This document shows, piece after piece, positions 31,932 to 44,436 of a stretch of 50,654 nucleotides of DNA. Position 1 is the stretch's first letter; each line of letters begins with the position of its first letter. The notes below the pieces were generated by a model, which saw only the letters and a list, made by a program, of their open reading frames with translations, ran no database searches and had not been told where the DNA came from. This DNA comes from a bacterium (GTDB lineage: Bacteria; SAR324; NAC60-12), in the NCBI GenBank assembly GCA_965205865.1, contig CBDBHR010000016.1, positions 1 to 50,654 of the forward strand. Reading direction: 5' to 3'. The translations under genes and the position numbers were made by a program.

Positions 31932-32165
31932 ATGATCTCTCTCACTCCGTATGCGATCGATTGCCCTATCGAAATCGAATCTGCAGAGTATGAACAATTG
32001 GTTCGTCAAAAAAAGCAGGGATGGAGCGTGTGTTATAGCCAAAAGGAATGGTTGGTCAAATTGCATTATCTGCGACAGGGAAGGAAAGAAAGAAAAATCG
32101 AGGAGGCAGCTTTTCAGGAAAAAGAGAGAGCATTGGTATTGAATTGGTGGAGAAAACTTTGCTAA
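31932..32165 (+). CDS. Small hypothetical protein, 77 aa
   Basis: ATG ORF divergent from ligA with protein-like composition; no function recognised. Confidence 0.55.
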   Translation: MISLTPYAIDCPIEIESAEYEQLVRQKKQGWSVCYSQKEWLVKLHYLRQGRKERKIEEAAFQEKERALVLNWWRKLC

Positions 32166-32317
32166 TACAATCTTTTTTCAACGCTCTTCCATTTCCTTTG
32201 ACGTAAAATCTTTCCAGTCGACGATAACAAGCGCAATTATTTCTAAAACTCTTGATTGCTTCCAATAATCGATGATGAAAACCGCAGAATCGAAAAACGA
32301 GGAGCAACGGTCTTGAC

Positions 32318-32992
32318 TTGCCAATGAATAGCTTGCGGACAATAATTGTTGGAGATGTGCATGGATGTTTGGAGGAACTGGATGCCTTACTCTCCAAAGT
32401 AGGCCATCGTTCCGGGAAAGATCGGTTGATATTCGTCGGAGATTTGATCAACAAAGGTCCACGCTCCCTCGAAGTTTTACAAAAAGTGCGTTCAATGTCG
32501 GCAGAAGTTGTGATGGGTAACCACGAATGGAAATTTCTGCAATACCTGAAGAAGGATTCCTCTCCTTCAGAAGGCTTTTTTCAATTAAAACGGCAAATGG
32601 GAGAGCAACTCCTTTTCTGGCAAGAGTGGCTCAGTCGGTTGCCTGCCTTTATCGAAGCAGATCAATTTCTTGTGGTTCACGGCGGTCTCGTGCCTCACCA
32701 ACATCCTTCGGAAACTCCAATCTCGATCTTGTGTCGTATCCGCACTTGGGATGGAGAGGGCAAGGATTTGAATAATCCGGCAAATCCCTCCTGGTATGAA
32801 TTGTACCGTCTTCCAAAACTGGTTGTCTTTGGACATTGGGCAAAACGTGGGTTGGTGATACGTAAGAATGTGATGGGTCTGGATACGGGATGTGTCTACG
32901 GCAATCAATTGACCGCTGTCGTCTTACCCGAAAAAACCCTATTCCAGGTGCCAGCCAAACAAATTTATAAAGCCGTACAAGATAGAATGTGA
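32318..32992 (+). CDS. Calcineurin-like metallophosphoesterase (ApaH/PrpE-like)
   Basis: GDVHGC, GDLINKGP, GNHE, VHGG, FGH, LDTGCVYG. Confidence 0.93.
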   Translation: MPMNSLRTIIVGDVHGCLEELDALLSKVGHRSGKDRLIFVGDLINKGPRSLEVLQKVRSMSAEVVMGNHEWKFLQYLKKDSSPSEGFFQLKRQMGEQLLFWQEWLSRLPAFIEADQFLVVHGGLVPHQHPSETPISILCRIRTWDGEGKDLNNPANPSWYELYRLPKLVVFGHWAKRGLVIRKNVMGLDTGCVYGNQLTAVVLPEKTLFQVPAKQIYKAVQDRM

Positions 32993-35900
32993 AACAGTTT
33001 CTTTTCTTTTTTGTTCTTTTATCGACCTTCCTCCTCTTGGGAATCTCCGGTTTTCTGGTTTATCTGATCTTTGTTGCGCCCGGCGACCATTTGGAGCGGC
33101 ATCGGATCAAACAATCGGTATTGACCGAATCGACATTCTATTATCGAGACGGGAAAACGAAGCTGGGTGCTCTCTATAGTGAAGCCCATCGCGAATATCT
33201 GCTCATACCGGACCCCATGAGTATCAGTATTCATCCGGTCAGCACAATACCTCCCCTATTCCTCAAGGCGATAATTGCCAGTGAAGATAAAAATTTTTTT
33301 AGCCATATCGGTGTCTCTCCTCTTAGTATTTTAAGAGCCGCAATTGCCAATCTCAGAGCGCGAAAAGTGGTCCAGGGAGGAAGCACCCTGACTCAACAAA
33401 CAGCAGAAATTCTCTTCAAACACAAAGCAACGGATCAATGGGGCAAATGGAAGGAAAAGGTCCTGGAAACCCTGGATGCCTTTCGCTTGGAAACACGTTA
33501 TTGCAAGGATCAGATTTTGGAGTTTTATACAAACTTGTTTCATGTGCATGGAACCGGACAAGGATTGGCAATTGCAGCCCGCTACTATTTCGACAAAAAA
33601 GTTTCTGAACTGAGTCTTCCCGAAGTCGCCTTTATTGCGGGGTCCGTGAAAGGACCTGCCAATTACACTCCATTTGGCACAGATGATCCTCAAATACGGA
33701 ACCATTTTATTGAGAAAGCCACAGGACGCAGAAATTATGTTTTGAATAATATGCGCCTTTCGGGCAGCATCACTGCCAGGGAATTCGAGCAGGCCAAAGC
33801 GCGTCCGGTTGCCTTCCGTCAAGGAGATTTTCGCTTTGAAGAAAGCCATCAGATGGATGCCGCTTTGAAAGTGTTGCAGACCGACCCCTGGAAAAGCAAG
33901 TTGTTGGAGAAAGGAATTTCGGACTTACATCAAGCAGAAGTGAATATCTATACGACCCTTGACGCAGACTTACAGAAAGTCGGGGAGTTTGCTCTCAAAC
34001 GACATTTGTCGAGATTGGAATTCCAGATAGTCCCTTACGCTCCTCCCAATGAGCTGCCATTATCCGAAAAAATAAAACCCGAGATCAACAGGTTTTATAT
34101 TGGAACCATCCTGCAGACGTTCTCTGAAACCCCTGCAAGAGTGAACGTCCGAATTGGCGCGGAACAGGGTGTGGTGGAAAGTGCGCATTTGAAAACCTTT
34201 GTTCAGCAAGTCCTCAACTTGAAAAAGGTAGCCGAAACCGGAGAGCTCCGGACGTCTCAGTACCAGGAAGCGTTGGAATCGTTGAAACCGGGAGATCCTA
34301 TCCTGGTATCGACTCATCAGAGGAAAGCGGATGGACAATGGAACCTTGCTATTGAACAAAAACCCCGTTTGAACGGAGGAGTGTTCATTTTGCAGGAAGG
34401 AGAAGTGCGTGCCATGATTGGAGGTTATCATAATTATGGGTTCAATCGTGCCTTGCAGGCAAAAAGACAACCGGGTTCCACCTTCAAACTACCAGTCTAT
34501 TTGACGGCCCTGCAACTGGGATGGAGTCCTTTGGACATTTTACCGAATGAACGCCGGATTTATTCATTTCAAGGCCAGTTCTATTTTCCAAGACCGGATC
34601 ATGCCCCTCCGGCACCCGTCAGCAGCATAATCTGGGCAGGGGCCAAATCTGAGAATCTGGCCAGCGTTTATTTGCTGGTCCATTTATTGGATTACTTGAA
34701 TCTGGAGCAATTCACCCAGTTGATTCATTATAGCGGATTGGCCCGAAAACGAGAGGAATCCATACAAGAATATCACCAACGACTGCGCGACGACTATGGG
34801 GTTGTTGAAAATGAAGCGCATATGCTACCGGGGATATTTTCAGTGGTCCAAAAACGCTTGAAAAATGAATTTTTGATGGATCAGGTTTCAGGAGAAGTAC
34901 AAATCTGGGATCGCCTTCATTATGGCCAGGGGTGGGAAGGAACACGCAAAGCGAGGGGAGAAAACAAAAAGAGTCAAAGGGAGCCTATAGGAGAATACCT
35001 GGAACATAATTTTCTGCGATTTGAAAAAATAGCGGAAAAAGTGCTGGAAAAGTTGGCGCTTCTTGATGCAATTTATTCCGGAAACAGTGCCGATTCTCCG
35101 CTGGGAAAAGCCCCCCTCCCCCGGCCCCTCCCTCGAGGGGCCGGGGGAATAGAAGAACTCCCGGAGGTCGTTCCGCTGCTGGACGGTTTTTTTGTACGGA
35201 CTCAGTTGAATGAAAAAAACGATGTTTCTGCCGGCGAGTATGCCGGTGCGGGCGTTCGCGGGGATGGCATGGCATCGGGTGGTGATTCGTCAGTCGATCT
35301 TCCGCTCTTGGCTTTTGCGGATGCAGAAAATTCTTTGCCTCCCGAATGGAAACCTCTTGATTATCTTACCTTGCGCGTCTACCAACAACATTTAGGCAAT
35401 CAATGGAAACAGTTCCTCTTTCGTCCTGACAATATTTGGATTGAGGGAAAAATCCGCGTGTCCATCCTGACGACTGCAATAGACCTGATGAAGCAGCTTC
35501 TGGAAGAAGCGAAACAATTCCATTCTTATGCCCCCCAACGTTTGTACTACCATCATGACTTCCGTATCACCCTTGCATTACACACGGTGATCAAACTATC
35601 AAAAAGTTTAGGGATCCAAAGTGAGCTCAAGCCGGTTCTTTCCTTTCCCTTGGGTTCAAATGAGGTGACACTCGATGAATTGGCTCTTATGTACCAAAGT
35701 TTTATTTCAGGACAGATTATGACTCGTGAAGAAATGTCCCTGAAAAACACATGGAAATTGATTGACCGTATTGAAGATGCCAAAGGCAATATCATTTATG
35801 AGGATCAACTTGTCAGTAAGCAAGTGATTTCGGAAGATACCCGCCACGCATTGCGAGAAATTTTAAGAAACGTCGTGGAATATGGAACAGGAAGGCGGGT

Positions 35901-36435
35901 CAAACCATATCTCGTCGTGGACGCGCACCATTTATATGGTGGTTCTGCAGAATCCCGAAATACTCTGCGCATGCCTGCTTATGGAAAAACCGGAACAGCC
36001 AACAATTACAGCAATGCTACCTATGTCGGCTTTTTACCAGCCCTTCAGGAATCGGGTATATCGGTGCGGGGAGGGTATACGATTTCGACTTATGTAGGTT
36101 TGGATCGTCAAGAACGAGACGCAGACCCGCTTCCCTTTCGATTGACGGGATCTTCCGGAGGATTGCCAATATGGGGGGAAATTGCCCGTCATCTCATTCG
36201 TAGCCCTGCTTATCAAAATAAACTGCGATGGCTCCCTTTGGAGAAGGAAGATGAGGTCGAACTCACCTTACCCAATCCCGAAAATTACTCCCTCTCCGTA
36301 TCAATGGATTCCGGATTACCCCTTTCCTCACAAGAGCGCTCTTCCCAACGAGCGGCAATTGTTCATCTTCCCCCATCGGGCGAGTCCTCCAGGACGGTTA
36401 ATTTGTTTAAGAAACTGAAAGGTATACAAAAATGA
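32989..36435 (+). CDS. Class A penicillin-binding protein (transglycosylase-transpeptidase) with large insertions
   Basis: N-terminal [19 protein letters not shown]; transpeptidase motifs STFK, SEN and KTG. Confidence 0.92.
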   Translation: MKQFLFFFVLLSTFLLLGISGFLVYLIFVAPGDHLERHRIKQSVLTESTFYYRDGKTKLGALYSEAHREYLLIPDPMSISIHPVSTIPPLFLKAIIASEDKNFFSHIGVSPLSILRAAIANLRARKVVQGGSTLTQQTAEILFKHKATDQWGKWKEKVLETLDAFRLETRYCKDQILEFYTNLFHVHGTGQGLAIAARYYFDKKVSELSLPEVAFIAGSVKGPANYTPFGTDDPQIRNHFIEKATGRRNYVLNNMRLSGSITAREFEQAKARPVAFRQGDFRFEESHQMDAALKVLQTDPWKSKLLEKGISDLHQAEVNIYTTLDADLQKVGEFALKRHLSRLEFQIVPYAPPNELPLSEKIKPEINRFYIGTILQTFSETPARVNVRIGAEQGVVESAHLKTFVQQVLNLKKVAETGELRTSQYQEALESLKPGDPILVSTHQRKADGQWNLAIEQKPRLNGGVFILQEGEVRAMIGGYHNYGFNRALQAKRQPGSTFKLPVYLTALQLGWSPLDILPNERRIYSFQGQFYFPRPDHAPPAPVSSIIWAGAKSENLASVYLLVHLLDYLNLEQFTQLIHYSGLARKREESIQEYHQRLRDDYGVVENEAHMLPGIFSVVQKRLKNEFLMDQVSGEVQIWDRLHYGQGWEGTRKARGENKKSQREPIGEYLEHNFLRFEKIAEKVLEKLALLDAIYSGNSADSPLGKAPLPRPLPRGAGGIEELPEVVPLLDGFFVRTQLNEKNDVSAGEYAGAGVRGDGMASGGDSSVDLPLLAFADAENSLPPEWKPLDYLTLRVYQQHLGNQWKQFLFRPDNIWIEGKIRVSILTTAIDLMKQLLEEAKQFHSYAPQRLYYHHDFRITLALHTVIKLSKSLGIQSELKPVLSFPLGSNEVTLDELALMYQSFISGQIMTREEMSLKNTWKLIDRIEDAKGNIIYEDQLVSKQVISEDTRHALREILRNVVEYGTGRRVKPYLVVDAHHLYGGSAESRNTLRMPAYGKTGTANNYSNATYVGFLPALQESGISVRGGYTISTYVGLDRQERDADPLPFRLTGSSGGLPIWGEIARHLIRSPAYQNKLRWLPLEKEDEVELTLPNPENYSLSVSMDSGLPLSSQERSSQRAAIVHLPPSGESSRTVNLFKKLKGIQK
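35117..35148. repeat. Perfect 14-bp GC-rich palindrome inside the PBP coding sequence
   Basis: tcccccggcccctc-cctc-gaggggccggggga, read in frame as [11 protein letters not shown]. Confidence 0.85.
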
Positions 36436-38546
36436 CATCCTCTTCCCTCGATTCCGGTCAAGCCAACCGCTTGATCCACGAAAAAAGTCCGTATTTGTTA
36501 CAGCATGCTCATAACCCTGTAGATTGGTATCCTTGGGGGGAGGAAGGGTTTGAAAAAGCAAAAAAAGAAGACAAGATGGTGTTGGTAAGCATTGGTTATG
36601 CAACCTGTCATTGGTGTCACGTGATGGAACGGGAATCTTTTGAAGATCCTGCTTTGGCAGGCTATTTAAACGAGCATTTCGTGGCCATCAAGGTGGACCG
36701 CGAAGAGCGCCCGGATGTGGACAAAATCTACATGGATGCCCTGCATGCCCTCAACCAGCAAGGAGGCTGGCCACTGAACATGTTTGTGACACCGGAAGGA
36801 AAGCCCGTGACTGGCGGAACTTATTTTCCACCCGATCACCGATATGGCCGCCCCAGCTTCCGACATGTTCTGCAGGTCATTGCTCGCACTTGGAAAAACG
36901 AGCGGGAACGAATACGCCAAACGGCAGAATCCCTCACGACACACTTGCAACAACAAGCGGCTCTGATGACTCCGCATTCTGTAAAATGGGACTGGAGCGC
37001 TGAAGATCAGACGGTCGCCTCTTTTAAACAGAGTTTTGATCCTGAAGAGGGTGGATTTACTTTGCAGCCCCAGAATAAATTTCCTCCGAGCATGGGACTG
37101 ATGCTGCTACTGAGGCACTACCGAAGAACGGATGATCCCCTAATGTTGGCCATGGTTGAAAAGACACTGGGAAAAATGAGAAATGGTGGCATATATGATC
37201 AGCTGGGAGGAGGATTGAGCCGCTACAGCACCGATTACCAGTGGCTTGTCCCACATTTTGAGAAAATGCTTTATGACAATGCCCTTTTTACCGGGGCCTT
37301 GATTGAAGCCTATCAAGTGACCGGAAATCGTTTCTACCAGGAAGCCGCTGAGGACGTCTTGTCTTACATTCAAAGAGATATGCGATCCCCGGAAGGCGCC
37401 TTTTATTCCGCCGAAGATGCCGACAGTGAAGGAGAAGAAGGAAAATTTTATGTCTGGAACGCAGAAGAGATTCTAAAAATTCTAGGTCCTGATATCGGAC
37501 AGCAGGCCTGTTTGTATTGGCATGTAGCCGGCCAAGGCGTCAAAGAAGGAGGGAATTTCGAAGGACAGAGCATTCTTCACCGTCCACGTTCAGCAGAGGA
37601 GGTGGCACAACAATTGGGTATTTCTGCTCAGACCCTGCTGAGGAATATGGAAATGGCTCGGCATAGATTACTGCAAGTACGCTCTCACCGAATCCGTCCC
37701 TTTTGTGATGATAAAATTCTCACTTCCTGGAACGCACTTATGATTTCGCAATTTGCCCGGGCAGGGCGGGTTTTTGATTTTCCGCATTATGGAAACGTTG
37801 CTTTGCAGGCGGTCCGGTTCATCTTTTCCAACCTGGTCAATCCGGAAAACCGACTGCTGCGCCGTTATCGTCAGGGAGAGGCGCGTTTTCCGGCCTATTT
37901 ATGCGACTACGCCCAATTGGCAGCGGCCTGTCTGGATTTGTACGAATACTCCTACCAGCCGCACTGGTTGGAAAAAGCAATCCATTTGGCAAGTGAAATC
38001 AATCGATTGTTTAAGAATGACAGCGGACCTTATTTCGATGTGGGGATAGATGCGGAAAAACTGCTCGCGCGTAACATGGAAGGATACGATGGCGTGGAAC
38101 CCTCAGGCAATAGCACGGCTTCCCTGGTGTTTCTCAAATTAGCGGCTTATGGCCTCGAGGGCAGCTATCTGGAGGACTCTCAACGGATTCTCGATGGATT
38201 CGCCCCCTATCTCAATCAAGCAGGTGTCAGTTTTGCAGCAATGCACTGGGCCTTACATTGGTTGATAAGCAATCCCAAACAATTGGTAATTGTGGGTGAG
38301 CGCGGTGAGCTGAAAACGGAAGCTTTGTTGCAAGTGGCGCGACAGGGCTACTATCCCAATCTTGTTACTGTCTTTGTCCCACAGCATGCGATGGGTCAGG
38401 ATCGCCTGTCACTTGTCAGTCAAATCATCCCCTTGGCCGCGGGACGGGTGGCGCTTGATGACAAAGCAACCGCTTATGTCTGTCAGAACATGGTATGTCA
38501 ACTCCCCGTTCACACGCCCGAAGCCCTTCAAGAACAACTTGCCTGA
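36432..38546 (+). CDS. Thioredoxin-domain protein, YyaL/SSP411 (DUF255) family
   Basis: [44 protein letters not shown]. Confidence 0.95.
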   Translation: MTSSSLDSGQANRLIHEKSPYLLQHAHNPVDWYPWGEEGFEKAKKEDKMVLVSIGYATCHWCHVMERESFEDPALAGYLNEHFVAIKVDREERPDVDKIYMDALHALNQQGGWPLNMFVTPEGKPVTGGTYFPPDHRYGRPSFRHVLQVIARTWKNERERIRQTAESLTTHLQQQAALMTPHSVKWDWSAEDQTVASFKQSFDPEEGGFTLQPQNKFPPSMGLMLLLRHYRRTDDPLMLAMVEKTLGKMRNGGIYDQLGGGLSRYSTDYQWLVPHFEKMLYDNALFTGALIEAYQVTGNRFYQEAAEDVLSYIQRDMRSPEGAFYSAEDADSEGEEGKFYVWNAEEILKILGPDIGQQACLYWHVAGQGVKEGGNFEGQSILHRPRSAEEVAQQLGISAQTLLRNMEMARHRLLQVRSHRIRPFCDDKILTSWNALMISQFARAGRVFDFPHYGNVALQAVRFIFSNLVNPENRLLRRYRQGEARFPAYLCDYAQLAAACLDLYEYSYQPHWLEKAIHLASEINRLFKNDSGPYFDVGIDAEKLLARNMEGYDGVEPSGNSTASLVFLKLAAYGLEGSYLEDSQRILDGFAPYLNQAGVSFAAMHWALHWLISNPKQLVIVGERGELKTEALLQVARQGYYPNLVTVFVPQHAMGQDRLSLVSQIIPLAAGRVALDDKATAYVCQNMVCQLPVHTPEALQEQLA

Positions 38547-38645
38547 GAAACCAGCATGCTCATCTTGAATCGTACAGGATTGCTTCACTCGCAGTGGCGG
38601 GTGGATCGTTACTGGAATCAGTCAATCCCTCGTCTGGTACTCTCC

Positions 38646-38673
38646 TTGACAATCCACCAGCGAGTGCTATGCT
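38646..38673 (+). promoter_or_regulatory. Putative sigma70 promoter of pyrG
   Basis: TTGACA-N16-TATGCT with an extended -10 TG. Confidence 0.55.
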
Positions 38674-38756
38674 ACCGACAAGCAGTTCTGTTGAATTGAA
38701 AAAGAGTTCGCTTTCATTTTCTGGCCACCAGTGTCTGGTTTGCCAACGTTAGGGAC

Positions 38757-40418
38757 GTGATGCAGACGAAAATGCTATTTATTACAGGTGGAGTGGTGTC
38801 TGGCTTGGGCAAAGGAATTGCCGGGGCTTCCATAGGCGCCTTGTTGGAGAGTCGAGGTTTGAACATTTCATTGATGAAATTGGACCCCTATATCAATGTC
38901 GATGCCGGCACGATGAATCCGTACCAACATGGAGAAGTGTTTGTTACGGAAGATGGAGCAGAAACCGATTTGGATTTGGGGCATTACGAACGCTTCACCA
39001 ATGCAACGCTCACCCGCAAACACAACTGCACCACCGGGCAAATTTATGATGCCGTCATTCGCAAGGAAAGAGCTGGAGAGTACCTGGGTGGAACGATTCA
39101 GGTGGTGCCACATATCATTGACGAAATTAAAGATAAAATCCGGCAAGCTTCTCAGAATGTGGATATTTCCATTGTCGAAATTGGAGGAACAGTCGGGGAC
39201 ATTGAATCCTTGCCTTTTCTGGAGGCCATTCGCCAATTCCGTCATGATCATGGACGGGAAAATACCCTTTTTATCCATCTCACTTTGATAGTTTATGTCG
39301 ACAACGGGGACGATGGAGAAATGAAAACCAAACCGACTCAGCATAGCGTCGGTAAGTTGAGAGAAATCGGAATCCAACCTGATATCCTCATTTGTCGAAC
39401 TCGCCAATACTTGCCCGAGAATATCAAAAAGAAAATTTCTTTTTTCACGAACGTGGAAGCGGAAGCTGTCATCAATGGCAGAGATGTGGAAAGCGTCTAT
39501 GAAGTGCCTCTCATCTTCCATCAAGAAGGTTTGGACGAAAAAATCGTGGAGTATTTGCGCATGTGGACAGGCCGTCCAAAACTGCAACCCTGGGCCGACA
39601 CGATGGATCGCTTTAAAAATCCTCTTGATGACGTGACCATTGCCTTTGTTGGCAAATACGTGGAGCATCGAGATTCCTATGAAAGCCTGAATCAGGCCTT
39701 GATTCATGGAGGGATTGCTCACCATTTGCGTATCCGATTGCAATATATCAACTCAGAAGATTTAGAGCAGAGCAAGGTGTTGGCATTGTTGAAAAACGTG
39801 CATGGGATTCTGGTTGCCCCTGGTTTCGGGGAACGGGGGAGCGAGGGAAAAATAGCGGCGGTTCAATATGCGCGGATTGAAAAAATTCCTTTTTTTGGCA
39901 TTTGTCTGGGGATGCAACTGGCAGTGATTGAATTTTCGCGAAATGTAGCCCGGATCTCCAACGCCAGCTCCGGGGAATTCACCCCTGATTGCAAAGAAAA
40001 TGTCATCGATCTGATGCCGGAGCAAGAGGGGGTTGAAGAAACGGGAGGCACCATGCGTCTGGGCGGATATTCGGCCACTTTGAAGCCGGCAACGCTCATA
40101 ATGTCCATTTATCAAACTGAGCATATTGTCGAACGTCACCGTCACCGCTACGAAGTGATGAATGAGTTCGTCCCTCAATTGGAAAAAGCCGGCATGGTCT
40201 TTTCAGGATATCACCTTGAGCGGGATTTGGTGGAAACAATCGAATTGGAAGATCATCCCTGGTTCATTGGATGTCAATATCACCCGGAACTGAAATCGAA
40301 ACCATTAAAACCCCATCCCCTATTTGCATCATTTATCGCGGCATCGTATCGCTATAAAAGAGGATTGAATCAAACGAAAGTATTTGCTGAAAAGGAAAAA
40401 GAACATGATACCATCTGA
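38757..40418 (+). CDS. pyrG: CTP synthase
   Basis: [48 protein letters not shown]. Confidence 0.98.
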   Translation: MMQTKMLFITGGVVSGLGKGIAGASIGALLESRGLNISLMKLDPYINVDAGTMNPYQHGEVFVTEDGAETDLDLGHYERFTNATLTRKHNCTTGQIYDAVIRKERAGEYLGGTIQVVPHIIDEIKDKIRQASQNVDISIVEIGGTVGDIESLPFLEAIRQFRHDHGRENTLFIHLTLIVYVDNGDDGEMKTKPTQHSVGKLREIGIQPDILICRTRQYLPENIKKKISFFTNVEAEAVINGRDVESVYEVPLIFHQEGLDEKIVEYLRMWTGRPKLQPWADTMDRFKNPLDDVTIAFVGKYVEHRDSYESLNQALIHGGIAHHLRIRLQYINSEDLEQSKVLALLKNVHGILVAPGFGERGSEGKIAAVQYARIEKIPFFGICLGMQLAVIEFSRNVARISNASSGEFTPDCKENVIDLMPEQEGVEETGGTMRLGGYSATLKPATLIMSIYQTEHIVERHRHRYEVMNEFVPQLEKAGMVFSGYHLERDLVETIELEDHPWFIGCQYHPELKSKPLKPHPLFASFIAASYRYKRGLNQTKVFAEKEKEHDTI

Positions 40419-41607
40419 TAACCAATGCAACAAGAAACATCCTTGTATCCTCCACGTCGGGAGAGCGCTGTTTCAGCAAATCAAATTGTGGGGATTGTTT
40501 TGTTTTTTGGCAGTGTTTTTGTCTTTTTCTGCCAAAGCAAACCAGCAAGTGGAGAATTTTAGAATTACCAAAAAAACCCTGCAGACTTTGCGGCAGGAAA
40601 ATGTACCACCATCACTGTTGGAAGCACTCGATCCGCTGCTCAATCAGCTTTATACCTCCAAGGCTGAATTTTTAAAAATTTTGCAAAACATTCAGAATCC
40701 TGTTCCGCAAGCGCAACAAATCGACTTGATCCTCAAACATGCGATGCTGAATAAATTATGGGTTCAATCAGAAAAAACGCGGGTGGATCTTGAAAAAGGG
40801 GAAAGTTTGCTGACAGGAAGTGTCCGAGGTGGTATTCCGAAGGACAATATAATTTTTTCTGCAGATAAGGTCCGTATTGTTACGGAAGGTTCCCAACGTT
40901 ACAATAAAATTATCGCGGAAAGTAACGTACGAGTGATACAGTTGCAACGAGAGATCACCGCGGATCGCGCAATTTATAATCGTACCACTCAAAAACTGGA
41001 TCTGGTGGGCAGCGTCGTAATCAAATATGAAGGCATCAATCTTTATGGCGCAACTGCGAATCTGGACCGGAGGGCAGGAAAGGTTGATGTACGGGGAAAT
41101 TCCAACCAACGAGTGATGGTCGAATACACTCTCAACGAAGCAGGGACTCCATCCGATGCTCCGAATCCGCAGCCTTCCATCATTCAAGCCCAACGCGCTT
41201 TACTTGATAATCAACAGAGGCTGGCGATTTTTGAAGGTAATGTTGAAATGACACGACCTCAGCTCGACCTCTACTTGAGAGCAGGTAGAGTAATCTTGGT
41301 TTTCAACGAAGCGAGAGAGTTGTTAACAAGTACTGCGGAGCAAGACGTATGTCTCGAGCAACCAGGCAGGGCGGCCCGTGCAGATAAAGTACAATTGAGC
41401 GAAACAAATCATTCGATTTTTTTGGAGGGCAATGCTGAAATCAATCGAAAGGGGGTCTATTTAAATGGTCCTACCATCAACCTGTTTTTAGACGTGGAGC
41501 AAGGTGAGGCCATTGGAGACAGCGCGACACCGGTACGGATGATAATCCCGCTGGATGAGGAATCTTCGGAACAATCTTCCTCCTCTCAATACTTTGTTTG
41601 CCAGTGA
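40405..41607 (+). CDS. LptA/OstA beta-jellyroll family protein with an extra N-terminal helical module
   Basis: TM/signal segment, then OstA-like repeats (ITADRAIYN…[22 protein letters not shown]…FLEGNAEI); follows pyrG. Start uncertain (40384 or 40405). Confidence 0.75.
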   Translation: MIPSDNQCNKKHPCILHVGRALFQQIKLWGLFCFLAVFLSFSAKANQQVENFRITKKTLQTLRQENVPPSLLEALDPLLNQLYTSKAEFLKILQNIQNPVPQAQQIDLILKHAMLNKLWVQSEKTRVDLEKGESLLTGSVRGGIPKDNIIFSADKVRIVTEGSQRYNKIIAESNVRVIQLQREITADRAIYNRTTQKLDLVGSVVIKYEGINLYGATANLDRRAGKVDVRGNSNQRVMVEYTLNEAGTPSDAPNPQPSIIQAQRALLDNQQRLAIFEGNVEMTRPQLDLYLRAGRVILVFNEARELLTSTAEQDVCLEQPGRAARADKVQLSETNHSIFLEGNAEINRKGVYLNGPTINLFLDVEQGEAIGDSATPVRMIIPLDEESSEQSSSSQYFVCQ

Positions 41608-41722
41608 CTCGACCCTTCTTTCCAGCGGGCTTCGATCCGCTGCCTGCTATTGCCATACCATCGGTGGCGATTCGACGTTACCAACCCTTCTGTCCGTCCT
41701 TTTTCAACCAGCGAAGTTTTTC

Positions 41723-43597
41723 ATGGATAAATTGACGCTCATTCCACAACCTCGCCATCTGGTTTTGCAAGGGGGGATTTTCCGAATGATGTCCCGCCAA
41801 CCCCTCATCGGCCAAGGTGATCCTCTGGTTTGGTTTCCCATTGCCCAATTTCTTCAGCAAGCATGTCTCGATCAATTGCGGATTCGACTGGAATTGAATG
41901 CCTGCAGCGTCAATGATCAGGTCAGGGACGGTATTGTTTTACGCTTGTGTCCTGACGTACCGATTCCTTGCCAGGGATACCGCCTCACCGTCAGTGCCCG
42001 GAAAATCGAGATACTGGCAAAAGATGGTGCCGGAGTGTTTTATGGGGTGATGACGCTCCAACAGATGATGCGGCAAAATGCGGGTCTTTTCCATGCATGC
42101 ATACTCGAAGATTATCCGGATTATGCGGTCCGTGGCGTGATGCTGGATATAAGCCGGGATAAAGTTCCAACACTGCCCACCTTGTTTGCCTTGATCGATC
42201 AATTGGCAGAATTGAAAATCAACCATTTGGAGTTGTATACGGAACATACCTTCGCCTACCGCAATCACCAGGAAGTCTGGGCAGAAGCGAGTCCTCTGAC
42301 GGGTGAGGAGGTATTGCAACTCGATGCTTATTGTCAGAAACGTTTTATTGAGTTGGTTCCCAATCAAAATTCTTTTGGCCATTTTCACCGTTGGCTCGAA
42401 TTACCACGCTACCGCCATCTGGCAGAATGTCCGAACGGATTTGACTGGCCATGGGGAGGACGCAGTGATCGACCTTTCAGTCTGGATGCCACAAATCCCC
42501 AATCTCTTGAATTGTTGGAGGAATTGTATGCCGATTTGCTACCGCATTTTACAAGCCGGAAATTGAATGTCGGATTGGACGAATGCCTGGACTTGGGACA
42601 GGGAAAAAACAAAGAGATCTGCCAACGAAAAGGAGTCGGAGCGGTCTACTTGGATTTTCTACTACAAGTGCATCACCTCGTTGCAAGTCAGAAACGTACC
42701 ATGCATTTCTGGGGAGACGTCATCATCGAGCATCCGGAACTGATTGCAAAATTGCCCAAGGACGCGGTTGCCTTGGAATGGGGCTATGAAATTGATCATC
42801 CTTTCGAGATTCATTGCAATTCTTTTGCTCAAGCGGGACTTCCCTTTTATGTATGCCCGGGTACCTCTTCCTGGTGCAGCATTGCCGGGCGTACCAAAAA
42901 CTGTCTGGAAAATCTGAAAAATGCCGCGTTCCATGGAAGGAATAATGGAGCAATTGGTTATTTGATCACCGATTGGGGAGATCGGGGTCATTGGCAGCAT
43001 TTGCCTTTCAGTTTTTTAGGATTTTCTGCAGGTGCCGCCTTCTCCTGGTGCTATCAGACCAACCAGAGAATAGATATAATCCCAGCGCTTGATCTCCACG
43101 TCTTTCAAGATCGCGCCAGGGTTATGGGAGAACTGATATACGAATTAGGAAATGCTTACCTGCATGTCGGGCGGCTTGTCAAAAACGGCAGTGCGCTTTT
43201 CCATCTCTTGGTTCGTCCTTTGACGCAAAAGCTTGCGGAAGGGATCACATCCATCACTTTACAGCAAACCTCCGAGTTTATTCAATCGACAATCGAACCC
43301 CTGAAATGGGCCAGGAGCGAAAGAGACGATGCAATGCTGATTGCCGATGAATGCCGGAATGCCGCCCAATTCCTGCTGCATGCCTGTGACAGGGGAAATA
43401 TGATTCGGGGAGAAACAATCAATGATTCAACTGCACGAAAAACGTTGGCGTCGGGAATGACAAAGCTTCTTGGAGAATACCGCCGTATTTGGATAATGCG
43501 CAATCGCGAAGGAGGATTGCGGGACAGTACCCGCATACTGGAATCCCATTTGCAGGAATATTCAGAAATCACTCCCCCTCTCCAACGGAATTTCTGA
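41723..43597 (+). CDS. GH20-family beta-N-acetylhexosaminidase
   Basis: LIPQP, DYPDYAVRGVMLDISRDKVP, PNQNSFGH, NVGLDE, ITDWGD. Likely start MDKLTLIPQP (ORF track starts at 41555). Confidence 0.9.
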   Translation: MDKLTLIPQPRHLVLQGGIFRMMSRQPLIGQGDPLVWFPIAQFLQQACLDQLRIRLELNACSVNDQVRDGIVLRLCPDVPIPCQGYRLTVSARKIEILAKDGAGVFYGVMTLQQMMRQNAGLFHACILEDYPDYAVRGVMLDISRDKVPTLPTLFALIDQLAELKINHLELYTEHTFAYRNHQEVWAEASPLTGEEVLQLDAYCQKRFIELVPNQNSFGHFHRWLELPRYRHLAECPNGFDWPWGGRSDRPFSLDATNPQSLELLEELYADLLPHFTSRKLNVGLDECLDLGQGKNKEICQRKGVGAVYLDFLLQVHHLVASQKRTMHFWGDVIIEHPELIAKLPKDAVALEWGYEIDHPFEIHCNSFAQAGLPFYVCPGTSSWCSIAGRTKNCLENLKNAAFHGRNNGAIGYLITDWGDRGHWQHLPFSFLGFSAGAAFSWCYQTNQRIDIIPALDLHVFQDRARVMGELIYELGNAYLHVGRLVKNGSALFHLLVRPLTQKLAEGITSITLQQTSEFIQSTIEPLKWARSERDDAMLIADECRNAAQFLLHACDRGNMIRGETINDSTARKTLASGMTKLLGEYRRIWIMRNREGGLRDSTRILESHLQEYSEITPPLQRNF

Positions 43598-44436
43598 AAT
43601 CTCCCCCACTTCCTCTCCAAAATTGACCTTTTCCGTTTTCATTTTGCTTCGAAAACTTCCGTTGAGCTGCCCTCTGAAAGAGTGAATAAATTTTTAATTT
43701 CTTTTTTTGCATTAACCAATTGATTTGAAAAAACTATTTCTCTCGTGGAAGAAAAAGTGCCATTTATTGCCCGAACCGGGGTTTGACTTTTGAGCAAGAT
43801 TTGTGTGTCATTATAGTAAATATTCCGATTTCGTCAGGAATATTTTTTATATTTGATAATTTCTCCCAATCCATTCTCTTCCTGTTATAAACGTATGCGC
43901 GTATCTAGGGCACGCCATCTCAATTGTTCCATCCCTTTGCTCAGGGTACTTGATTTCATTGAACACAAGCCTTCTTCCGTAGAGTTTTTTTCAGTATGGC
44001 GGAAGAGCGCTGTTGAGCCCCGCTGTTTTCCAACCTTTTCTTTTCCACAAGCAGTGAGCCTATTCGTTATAGGGAATTTGCCGTCCGGACCAGCGAGGTT
44101 CAATTCGCACCGAGATTGCGATATAGTGGGCTGCCATGGTTGTACCGGCGTATGCGTAGAATTCATATCATGCTGCTTTGATTCCGACACAAGGACGTGT
44201 TATCAAGAGCCCATGGAAGGGCTCACCCCTCGTTTTCCGCATGATTTGTTTATTTTTTTGCTAGAAAAATCAATAATTTGCTCCAATAAATGGCCTTTTA
44301 TTACAATAAAACCAGCTGGAAAATCTATGGGGATCGACGGATTACTTGAAACGGATAATCCATATTCGGTGGGTTGCCTCCTTCTTATTCGAAAAACCAT
44401 GGCGTTTGAAAACAGAATAATGCGAAAAGACGAAAA

